The notes under the pieces: model-generated
Database searches by the model: none
Seen by the model: only the letters and a program-made list of their open reading frames with translations
What the model was told of the DNA's origin: nothing
Program-made: the position numbers and the translations under genes
Part shown: positions 1 to 11,890 of the stretch, in pieces
How positions within the stretch are numbered: the first letter of the stretch is position 1
Layout: the number at the start of each line of letters is the position of its first letter
Assembly (NCBI GenBank): GCA_964016885.1
Contig: OZ024742.1
Location: 13,950,001 to 14,014,000, forward strand
DNA length: 64,000 bases
DNA from: Eledone cirrhosa
Lineage: Eukaryota
Direction: 5' to 3'

Positions 1-2292
1 ATGTGAGATGATCTAACCTAAGAAGTGACCACCTGACCTAGTGTAACCTCAATGAGACCTAACCCTAGAAGTGACCATCTGACCTAGTCTAGCCTCAATG
101 TGAGACGATCTAACCGAAGAAGTGACCACCTGACCTAGTGTAACCTCAATGAGACCTAACCCTAGAAGTGACCACCTGACCTAGTCTAGCCTCAATGTGA
201 GATCTAACCCTTGAAGTGACGACCTGACCTAGTCTAGCCTCAATGTGAGACTTCTAACCCTAGAAGTGACAACCTGACCTAGTGTAAACTCAATGTGAAA
301 CCTAACCCAAGAAGTGACCACCTGACCTAGTCTAGCCTCAATGTGAGACGATCTAACCCAAGAAGTGACCACCTGACCTAGTGTAACCTCAATGAGACCT
401 TCTAACCCTAGAAGTGACCATCTGACCTAGTCTAGCCTCAATGTGAGACCTAACCCTAGAAGTGACCACCTGACCTCGTCTATCCATAATGTGAGACTAT
501 CTAACCCAAGAAGTGACCACCTGACCTAGTCTAGCCTCAATGTGAGACCCTCTAACCCTAGAAGAGACCACCTTACCTAGTCTAGCCTCAATGTGAGACC
601 TAACCCTAGAAGTGACCACCTGACCTAGTCTAGCCTCAATGTGAGACCTAACCCTAGAAGTGACCACCTGACCTAGTCTAGCTTCAATGTGAGACCTAAC
701 CCTAGAAGTGACCACCTGACCTAGTCTAGCCTCAATGTGAGACCTAACCCTAGAAGTGACCACCTGACCTAGTCTAGCCTCAATGTGAGACCTAACCCTA
801 GAAGTGACCACCTGACCTAGTTTAGCCTCAACGTGAGACCATCTAACCCAAGAAGTGACCACCTGACCTAGTCTAGTCTCAATGTGAGACCTTCTAGCCC
901 TGGAAGTGATCACCTGACCTAGTCTAGCCTCAATGTCAGACTATCTAACCCTAGAAGTGACCACCTGACCTAGTCTAGCTTCAATGTGAGACCTAACCCT
1001 AGAAGTGACCACCTGACCTAGTCTAGCCTCAATGTGAGACTATCTAACCCAACAAGTGACCACCTGACCTAGTCTAGCCTCAATTTGAGACTAGCTAGCC
1101 CAAGAAGTGACCACCTGACGTAGTGTAACATCAATGTGAGACCTAACCCTAGAAGTGACCACCTGACCTAGTCTAGCCTCAATCTGAGACCTAACCCAAG
1201 AAGTGACCACCTGACCTAGTGTAACCTCAATCTGAGACCTAACCCTAGAAGTGACCACCTGACCTGCTTTAGCCTCAATGTGAGACCATCTAACCCTAGA
1301 AGTGACCACCTGACCTAGTGTAACCTCAATGAGACCTAACCCTAGAAGTGACCACCTGACCTAGTCTAGCCTCAATGTGAGACCATCTAACCCTAGAAGT
1401 GACCACCTTACCTACTCTAGTCTCAATGTGAGACCTAACCCTAGAAGTGACCACCTGACCTAGTCTAGCCTCAATGTGAGACTTCTAACCCTAGAAGTGA
1501 CAACCTGACCTAGTGTAAACCGAATGTGAAACCTAACCCAAGAAGTGACCACCTGACCTAGTCTAGCCAGAATGTGAGACGATCTAACCCAAGAAGTGAC
1601 CACCTGACCTAGTGTAACCTCAATGAGACCTAACCCTAGAAGTGACCATCTGACCTAGTCTAGCCTCAATGTGAGACCTAACCCTAGAAGTGACCACCTG
1701 ACCTCGTCTATCCATAATGTGAGACTATCTAACCCAAGAAGTGACCACCTGACCTAGTCTAGCCTCAATGTGAGATGATCTAACCTAAGAAGTGACCACC
1801 TGACCTAGTGTAACCTCAATGAGACCTAACCCTAGAAGTGACCACCTGACCTAGTCTAGCCTTAATGAGACCTAACCCTAGAAGTGACCACCTGACCTAG
1901 TCTAGTTTCATTGTGAGACCTAACCCTAAAAGTGACCACCTGACCTAGTCTAGCCTCAATGTGAGACCATCTAACCCTAGAAGTGATTACCTTACCTAGT
2001 CTAGTCTCAATGTGAGACCTAACCCTAGAAGTGACCACCTGACCTAGTCTAGCCTCAATGTGAGACTTCTAACCCTAGAAGTGACAACCTGACCTAGTGT
2101 AAACTCAATGTGAAACCTAACCCAAGAAGTGACCACCTGACCTAGTCTAGCCTCAATGTGAGACGATCTAACCCAAGAAGTGACCACCTGACCTAGTGTA
2201 ACCTCAATGAGACCTTCTTACCCTAGAAGTGACCATCTGACCTAGTCTAGCCTCAATGTGAGACCTAATCCTAGAAGTGACCACCTGACCTC
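1..2292. repeat. Heterogeneous left part of the array: short modules of family-A variants without a clean kb-scale period
   Basis: It shares markers with HOR-A (CTCGTCTATCCATA near 475 and 1703; CCCTGGAAGTGATC near 898; AATTTGAGACTAGC near 1082), but in a different order and spacing. Confidence 0.7.
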
Positions 2293-5200
2293 GTCTATCC
2301 ATAATGTGAGACTATCTAACCCAAGAAGTGACCACCTGACCTAGTCTAGCCTCAATGTGAGACTTCTAACCCAAGAAGTGACCACCTGACCTGGTGTTAC
2401 CTCAATGTGAGACCCTCTAACCCTAGAAGAGACCACCTTACCTAGTCTAGCCTCAATGTGAGACCTAACCCTAGAAGTGACCACCTGACCTAGTCTAGCC
2501 TCAATGTGAGACATAACCCTAGAAGTGACCACCTGACCTAGTCTAGCTTCAATGTGAGATCTAACCCTAGAAGTGACCACCTGGCCTAGTCTAGCCTCAA
2601 TGTGAGACCTAACCCTAGAAGTGACCACCTGACCTAGTCTAGCCTCAATGTGTGACCTAACCCTAGAAGTGACCACCTGACCTAGTCTAGCCTCAACGTG
2701 AGACCATCTAACCCAAGAAGTGACCACCTGACCTAGTCTAGCCTCAATGTGAGGCCTAAGCCTAGAAGTCAGCAAGACCTAGTCTAGCCTCAATGTGAGA
2801 CCTTCTAGCCCTGGAAGTGATCACCTGACCTAGTCTAGCCTCAATGTGAGACTTCTAACCCTAGAAGTGACCACCTGACCTAGTCTAGCCTCAATGTGAG
2901 ACCTTCTAAACCTAGAAGTGACCACCTGACGTAGTGTAACCTTAATGTGAGAGCTTCTAACCCAATAAGTGACCACCTGACCTAGTTTAACCTCAATGTG
3001 AGACTTCTAACCATAGAAGTGACCACCTGACCTAGTCTAGCCTCAATGTGAGATGATCTAACCCAAGAAGTGACCAGGTGACCTAGTCTAGCCTCAATGT
3101 GAGACTTCTAACCCTAGAAGTGATAACCTGACCTAGTGTAAACTGAATGTGAGACCTAACCCAAGAATTGACCACCTGACCTAGTCTAGCCTCAATGTGA
3201 GATGATCTAACCCAAGAAGTGACCACCTGACCTAGTGTAACCTCAATGAGACCTAACCCTAGAAGTGACCACCTGACCTAGTCTAGCCTCAATGTGAGAT
3301 CTTCTAACCCTTGAAGTGACCACCTGACCTAGTCTAGCCTCATTGTGAGACCTAATCCAAGATGTGACCACCTAAACTAGTCTAACCTCAATGTGAGACC
3401 TTCTAACCTTAGCAGTGACCACCTGACCTAGTCTAGCCTCAATGTGAGACCTAACCCTAGAAGTGACCACCTGACTTAGTCTAGCCTCAATGTGAGACCT
3501 AACCCTTGAAGTGACCACCTGACCTAGTCTAGCCTCAATGTGAGACTATCTAACCCAAGAAGTGACCACCTGACCTAGTCTAGCATCAATTTGAGACTAG
3601 CTAACCCAAGAAGTGACCACCTGACGTAGTGTAACCTCAATGTGAGACCTAACCCTAGTAGTGACCACCTGACCTAGTCTAGCCTCAATGTGAGACCTAA
3701 CCCTAGAAGTGACCACCTGACCTAGTCAAGCTTCAATGTGTGACCTAACCCTAGAAGTGACCACCTGACTTAGTCTAGCCTCAATGTGAGACCTAAACCT
3801 AGAAGTGACCACCTGACCTAGTCTAGCCTCAATGTGACACTATCTAACCCAAGAAGTGACCACCTGACCTAGTCTAGCCTCAATCTGAGACCTAACCCAA
3901 GAAGTGACCACCTGATCTAGTGTAACCTCAATCTGAGACCTAACCCTAGAAGTGACCACCTGACCTAGTTTAGCCTCAATGTGACACCTTCAAGCCCTAG
4001 AAGTGACCACCTGACCTACTTTAGCCTCAATGTGAGACCATCTAACCCTAGAAGTGACCACCTGACCTAGTTTATGTTCGATGTGAGACCTAACCCTAGA
4101 AGTGACCACCTGACCTAGTCTAGCCTCCAATGTGAGACCTTCTAACCCTAGAAGTGACCACCTGACCTAGTCTAGCCTCAATGTGAGACCTAACCCTAGA
4201 AGTGACCACCTGACCTAATCTAGTTTCAATGTGAGACCTAACCCTAAAAGTGACCACCTGACCTAGTCTAGCCTCAATGTGAGACCATCTAACCCTAAAA
4301 GTGACCACCTGACCTAGTCTAGCCTCAATGTGAGACTTCTAACCCTAGAAGTGACAACCTGACCTAGTCTAGCCTCAATGTGAGACGATCTAACCCAAGA
4401 AGTGACCACCTGATCTAGTGTAACCTCAATGAGACCTAACCCTAGAAGTGACCATCTGACCTAGTCTAGCCTCAATGTGAGACCTAACCCTAGAAGTGAC
4501 CACCTGACCTCGTCTATCCATAATGTGAGACTATCTAACCCAAGAAGTGACCACCTGACCTAGTCTAGCCTTAATGTAAGACTTCTAACCCAAGAAGTGA
4601 CCACCTGACCTAGTGTAACCTCAATGTGAGACCCTCTAACCCTAGAAGTGACCACCTTACCTAGTCTAGCCTCAATGTGAGACCTAACCCTAGAAGTGAC
4701 CACCTGACCTAGTGTAACCTCAATGTGAGACCTAACCCTAGAAGTGACCACCTGACCTAGTCTAGCCTCAATCTGAGACCTAACCCAAGAAGTGACCACC
4801 TGACCTAGTGTAACCTCAATCTGAGACCTAACCCTAGAAGTGACCACCTGACCTAGTTTAGCCTCAATGTGACCCCTTCAAACCCTAGAAGTGACCACCT
4901 GACCTAGTCTAGGTTCGATGTGAGACCTAACCCTAGAAGTGACCACCTGACCTAGTCTAGCCTCCAATGTGAGACCTTCTAACCCAAGAAGTGACCACCT
5001 GACCTAGTGTAACCTCAATGTGAGACCCTCTAACCCTAGAAGTGACCACCTTACCTAGTCTAGCCTCAATGTGAGACCTAACCCTAGAAGTGACCACCTG
5101 ACCTAGTGTAACCTCAATGTGAGACCTAACCCTAGAAGTGACCACCTGACCTAGTCTAGCCTCAATGTTAGACTATCTAACCCAAGAAGTGACGACCTGA

Positions 5201-8200
5201 CCTAGTCTAGCCTCAATCTGAGACCTAACCCAAGAAGTGACCACCTGACCTAGTCTAGCCACAATGTGAGACCTAACCCTAGAAGTGACCACCTGACCTA
5301 GTCTAGTTTCAATGTGAGACCTAACCCTAAAAGTGACCACCTGACCTAGTCTAGCCTCAATGTGAGACCATCTAACCCTAGAAGTCACCACCTTACCTAG
5401 TCTAGTCTCAATGTGAGACCTAACCCTAGAAGTGACCAGCTGACCTAGTCTAGCCTCAATGTGAGACTTCTAACCCTAGAAGTGACAACCTGACCTAGTG
5501 TAAACTGAATGTGAGACCTAACCCAAGAAGTGACCACCTGACCTAGTCTAGCCTCAATGTGAGACGATCTAACCCAAGAAATGACCACCTGAACTAGTGT
5601 AACCTCAATGAGACCTAACCCTAGAAGTGACAACCTAACCTAGTCTAGCCTCAATGTGAGACCTAACCCTAGTACTGACCACCTGACCTAGTCTAGCCTC
5701 AACGTGAGACCTAACCCTAGAAGTGACCACCTGACCTAATCTAGCCTCAGTGTGAGACTATCTAACCCAAGAAGTGACCACCTGACCTAGTCTAGCCTCA
5801 ATGTGAGACCATCTAACCCTAGAAGTGACCACCTGACCTAGTCTAGCCTCAATGTGAGACTTCTAACCCTAGAAGTGACAACCTGACCTAGTGTAAACTC
5901 AATGTGAAACCTAACCCAAGAAGTGACCACCTGACCTAGTCTAGCCTCAATGTGAGACGATCTAACCCAAGAAGTGACCACCTGACCTAGTGTAACCTCA
6001 ATGAGACCTTCTTACCCTAGAAGTGACCATCTGACCTAGTCTAGCCTCAATGTGAGACCTAATCCTAGAAGTGACCACCTGACCTCGTCTATCCATAATG
6101 TGAGACTATCTAACCCAAGAAGTGACCACCTGACCTAGTCTAGCCTCAATGTGAGACTTCTAACCCAAGAAGTGACCACCTGACCTGGTGTTACCTCAAT
6201 GTGAGACCCTCTAACCCTAGAAGAGACCACCTTACCTAGTCTAGCCTCAATGTGAGACCTAACCCTAGAAGTGACCACCTGACCTAGTCTAGCCTCAATG
6301 TGAGACATAACCCTAGAAGTGACCACCTGACCTAGTCTAGCTTCAATGTGAGATCTAACCCTAGAAGTGACCACCTGGCCTAGTCTAGCCTCAATGTGAG
6401 ACCTAACCCTAGAAGTGACCACCTGACCTAGTCTAGCCTCAATGTGTGACCTAACCCTAGAAGTGACCACCTGACCTAGTCTAGCCTCAACGTGAGACCA
6501 TCTAACCCAAGAAGTGACCACCTGACCTAGTCTAGCCTCAATGTGAGACCTAAGCCGAGAAGTCAGCAAGACCTAGTCTAGCCCTGGAAGTGATCACCTG
6601 ACCTAGTCTAGCCTCAATGTGAGACTTCTAACCCTAGAAGTGACCACCTGACCTAGTCTAGCCTCAATGTGAGACCTTCTAAACCTAGAAGTGACCACCT
6701 GACGTAGTGTAACCTTAATGTGAGAGCTTCTAACCCAATAAGTGACCACCTGACCTAGTTTAACCTCAATGTGAGACTTCTAACCATAGAAGTGACCACC
6801 TGACCTAGTCTAGCCTCAATGTGAGATGATCTAACCCAAGAAGTGACCACCTGACCTAGTGTAACCTCAATGAGACCTAACCCTAGAAGTGACCACCTGA
6901 CCTAGTCTAGCCTCAATGTGAGACCTTCTAACCTTAGAAGTGACCACCTGACCTAATCTAGTCTCAATGTGAGACTATCTAACCCAAGAAGTGACCAGGT
7001 GACCTAGTCTAGCCTCAATGTGAGACTTCTAACCCTAGAAGTGATAACCTGACCTAGTGTAAACTGAATGTGAGACCTAACCCAAGAATTGACCACCTGA
7101 CCTAGTCTAGCCTCAATGTGAGATGATCTAACCCAAGAAGTGACCACCTGACCTAGTGTAACCTCAATGAGACCTAACCCTAGAAGTGACCACCTGACCT
7201 AGTCTAGCCTCAATGTGAGATCTTCTAACCCTTGAAGTGACCACCTGACCTAGTCTAGCCTCATTGTGAGACCTAATCCAAGATGTGACCACCTAAACTA
7301 GTCTAACCTCAATGTGAGACCTTCTAACCTTAGCAGTGACCACCTGACCTAGTCTAGCCTCAATGTGAGACCTAACCCTAGAAGTGACCACCTGACCTAG
7401 TCTAGTTTCAATGTGAGACCTAACCCTAAAAGTGACCACCTGACCTAGTCTAGCCTCAATGTGAGACCATCTAACCCTAGAAGTCACCACCTTACCTAGT
7501 CTAGTCTCAATGTGAGACCTAACCCTAGAAGTGACCAGCTGACCTAGTCTAGCCTCAATGTGAGACTTCTAACCCTAGAAGTGACAACCTGACCTAGTGT
7601 AAACTGAATGTGAGACCTAACCCAAGAAGTGACCACCTGACCTAGTCTAGCCTCAATGTGAGACGATCTAACCCAAGAAATGACCACCTGAACTAGTGTA
7701 ACCTCAATGAGACCTAACCCTAGAAGTGACAACCTAACCTAGTCTAGCCTCAATGTGAGACCTAACCCTAGTACTGACCACCTGACCTAGTCTAGCCTCA
7801 ACGTGAGACCTAACCCTAGAAGTGACCACCTGACCTAATCTAGCCTCAGTGTGAGACTATCTAACCCAAGAAGTGACCACCTGACCTAGTCTAGCCTCAA
7901 TGTGAGACCATCTAACCCTAGAAGTGACCACCTGACCTAGTCTAGCCTCAATGTGAGACTTCTAACCCTAGAAGTGACAACCTGACCTAGTGTAAACTCA
8001 ATGTGAAACCTAACCCAAGAAGTGACCACCTGACCTAGTCTAGCCTCAATGTGAGACGATCTAACCCAAGAAGTGACCACCTGACCTAGTGTAACCTCAA
8101 TGAGACCTTCTTACCCTAGAAGTGACCATCTGACCTAGTCTAGCCTCAATGTGAGACCTAATCCTAGAAGTGACCACCTGACCTCGTCTATCCATAATGT

Positions 8201-11200
8201 GAGACTATCTAACCCAAGAAGTGACCACCTGACCTAGTCTAGCCTCAATGTGAGACTTCTAACCCAAGAAGTGACCACCTGACCTGGTGTTACCTCAATG
8301 TGAGACCCTCTAACCCTAGAAGAGACCACCTTACCTAGTCTAGCCTCAATGTGAGACCTAACCCTAGAAGTGACCACCTGACCTAGTCTAGCCTCAATGT
8401 GAGACATAACCCTAGAAGTGACCACCTGACCTAGTCTAGCTTCAATGTGAGATCTAACCCTAGAAGTGACCACCTGGCCTAGTCTAGCCTCAATGTGAGA
8501 CCTAACCCTAGAAGTGACCACCTGACCTAGTCTAGCCTCAATGTGTGACCTAACCCTAGAAGTGACCACCTGACCTAGTCTAGCCTCAACGTGAGACCAT
8601 CTAACCCAAGAAGTGACCACCTGACCTAGTCTAGCCTCAATGTGAGACCTAAGCCGAGAAGTCAGCAAGACCTAGTCTAGCCCTGGAAGTGATCACCTGA
8701 CCTAGTCTAGCCTCAATGTGAGACTTCTAACCCTAGAAGTGACCACCTGACCTAGTCTAGCCTCAATGTGAGACCTTCTAAACCTAGAAGTGACCACCTG
8801 ACGTAGTGTAACCTTAATGTGAGAGCTTCTAACCCAATAAGTGACCACCTGACCTAGTTTAACCTCAATGTGAGACTTCTAACCATAGAAGTGACCACCT
8901 GACCTAGTCTAGCCTCAATGTGAGATGATCTAACCCAAGAAGTGACCACCTGACCTAGTGTAACCTCAATGAGACCTAACCCTAGAAGTGACCACCTGAC
9001 CTAGTCTAGCCTCAATGTGAGACCTTCTAACCTTAGAAGTGACCACCTGACCTAATCTAGTCTCAATGTGAGACTATCTAACCCAAGAAGTGACCAGGTG
9101 ACCTAGTCTAGCCTCAATGTGAGACTTCTAACCCTAGAAGTGATAACCTGACCTAGTGTAAACTGAATGTGAGACCTAACCCAAGAATTGACCACCTGAC
9201 CTAGTCTAGCCTCAATGTGAGATGATCTAACCCAAGAAGTGACCACCTGACCTAGTGTAACCTCAATGAGACCTAACCCTAGAAGTGACCACCTGACCTA
9301 GTCTAGCCTCAATGTGAGATCTTCTAACCCTTGAAGTGACCACCTGACCTAGTCTAGCCTCATTGTGAGACCTAATCCAAGATGTGACCACCTAAACTAG
9401 TCTAACCTCAATGTGAGACCTTCTAACCTTAGCAGTGACCACCTGACCTAGTCTAGCCTCAATGTGAGACCTAACCCTAGAAGTGACCACCTGACTTAGT
9501 CTAGCCTCAATGTGAGACCTAACCCTTGAAGTGACCACCTGACCTAGTCTAGCCTCAATGTGAGACTATCTAACCCAAGAAGTGACCACCTGACCTAGTC
9601 TAGCATCAATTTGAGACTAGCTAACCCAAGAAGTGACCACCTGACGTAGTGTAACCTCAATGTGAGACCTAACCCTAGTAGTGACCACCTGACCTAGTCT
9701 AGCCTCAATGTGAGACCTAACCCTAGAAGTGACCACCTGACCTAGTCAAGCTTCAATGTGTGACCTAACCCTAGAAGTGACCACCTGACTTAGTCTAGCC
9801 TCAATGTGAGACCTAAACCTAGAAGTGACCACCTGACCTAGTCTAGCCTCAATGTGACACTATCTAACCCAAGAAGTGACCACCTGACCTAGTCTAGCCT
9901 CAATCTGAGACCTAACCCAAGAAGTGACCACCTGATCTAGTGTAACCTCAATCTGAGACCTAACCCTAGAAGTGACCACCTGACCTAGTTTAGCCTCAAT
10001 GTGACACCTTCAAGCCCTAGAAGTGACCACCTGACCTACTTTAGCCTCAATGTGAGACCATCTAACCCTAGAAGTGACCACCTGACCTAGTTTATGTTCG
10101 ATGTGAGACCTAACCCTAGAAGTGACCACCTGACCTAGTCTAGCCTCCAATGTGAGACCTTCTAACCCTAGAAGTGACCACCTGACCTAGTCTAGCCTCA
10201 ATGTGAGACCTAACCCTAGAAGTGACCACCTGACCTAGTCTAGCCTCAATATGAGACCTAACCCTAGAAGTGACCACCTGACCTAATCTAGTTTCAATGT
10301 GAGACCTAACCCTAAAAGTGACCACCTGACCTAGTCTAGCCTCAATGTGAGACCATCTAACCCTAAAAGTGACCACCTGACCTAGTCTAGCCTCAATGTG
10401 AGACTTCTAACCCTAGAAGTGACAACCTGACCTAGTCTAGCCTCAATGTGAGACGATCTAACCCAAGAAGTGACCACCTGATCTAGTGTAACCTCAATGA
10501 GACCTAACCCTAGAAGTGACCATCTGACCTAGTCTAGCCTCAATGTGAGACCTAACCCTAGAAGTGACCACCTGACCTCGTCTATCCATAATGTGAGACT
10601 ATCTAACCCAAGAAGTGACCACCTGACCTAGTCTAGCCTTAATGTAAGACTTCTAACCCAAGAAGTGACCACCTGACCTAGTGTAACCTCAATGTGAGAC
10701 CCTCTAACCCTAGAAGTGACCACCTTACCTAGTCTAGCCTCAATGTGAGACCTAACCCTAGAAGTGACCACCTGACCTAGTGTAACCTCAATGTGAGACC
10801 TAACCCTAGAAGTGACCACCTGACCTAGTCTAGCCTCAATCTGAGACCTAACCCAAGAAGTGACCACCTGACCTAGTGTAACCTCAATCTGAGACCTAAC
10901 CCTAGAAGTGACCACCTGACCTAGTTTAGCCTCAATGTGACCCCTTCAAACCCTAGAAGTGACCACCTGACCTAGTCTAGGTTCGATGTGAGACCTAACC
11001 CTAGAAGTGACCACCTGACCTAGTCTAGCCTCCAATGTGAGACCTTCTAACCCAAGAAGTGACCACCTGACCTAGTGTAACCTCAATGTGAGACCCTCTA
11101 ACCCTAGAAGTGACCACCTTACCTAGTCTAGCCTCAATGTGAGACCTAACCCTAGAAGTGACCACCTGACCTAGTGTAACCTCAATGTGAGACCTAACCC

Positions 11201-11890
11201 TAGAAGTGACCACCTGACCTAGTCTAGCCTCAATGTTAGACTATCTAACCCAAGAAGTGACGACCTGACCTAGTCTAGCCTCAATCTGAGACCTAACCCA
11301 AGAAGTGACCACCTGACCTAGTCTAGCCTCAATGTGAGACCTAACCCTAGAAGTGACCACCTGACCTAGTCTAGTTTCAATGTGAGACCTAACCCTAAAA
11401 GTGACCACCTGACCTAGTCTAGCCTCAATGTGAGACCATCTAACCCTAGAAGTCACCACCTTACCTAGTCTAGTCTCAATGTGAGACCTAACCCTAGAAG
11501 TGACCAGCTGACCTAGTCTAGCCTCAATGTGAGACTTCTAACCCTAGAAGTGACAACCTGACCTAGTGTAAACTGAATGTGAGACCTAACCCAAGAAGTG
11601 ACCACCTGACCTAGTCTAGCCTCAATGTGAGACGATCTAACCCAAGAAATGACCACCTGAACTAGTGTAACCTCAATGAGACCTAACCCTAGAAGTGACA
11701 ACCTAACCTAGTCTAGCCTCAATGTGAGACCTAACCCTAGTACTGACCACCTGACCTAGTCTAGCCTCAACGTGAGACCTAACCCTAGAAGTGACCACCT
11801 GACCTAATCTAGCCTCAGTGTGAGACTATCTAACCCAAGAAGTGACCACCTGACCTAGTCTAGCCTCAATGTGAGACCATCTAACCCTAG
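2040..11890. repeat. HOR family A region: about 3.8-3.97 kb unit with an internal 2,099-bp repeat, giving a 6,068-bp super-period (boundaries approximate)
   Basis: The GTCAGCAAGAC marker occurs near 2768, 6562 and 8661. Offsets: 2341->6135 (3,794), 6135->8234 (2,099), 4560->10628 and 5445->11513 (6,068). Confidence 0.85.
5260..9470. repeat. Two tandem copies of a 2,099-bp block, with the seam between about 7335 and 7396; also present at +14,656 and +20,724
   Basis: Offsets 5445->7544, 6135->8234, 20101->22200 and 26169->28268 are all 2,099. Confidence 0.88.

Noticed and set aside
590-637. Splice-site-like CAG|GT and AG|GT motifs on the minus strand
   Set aside because: These are short motifs with no polypyrimidine tract, branch point or exon context.
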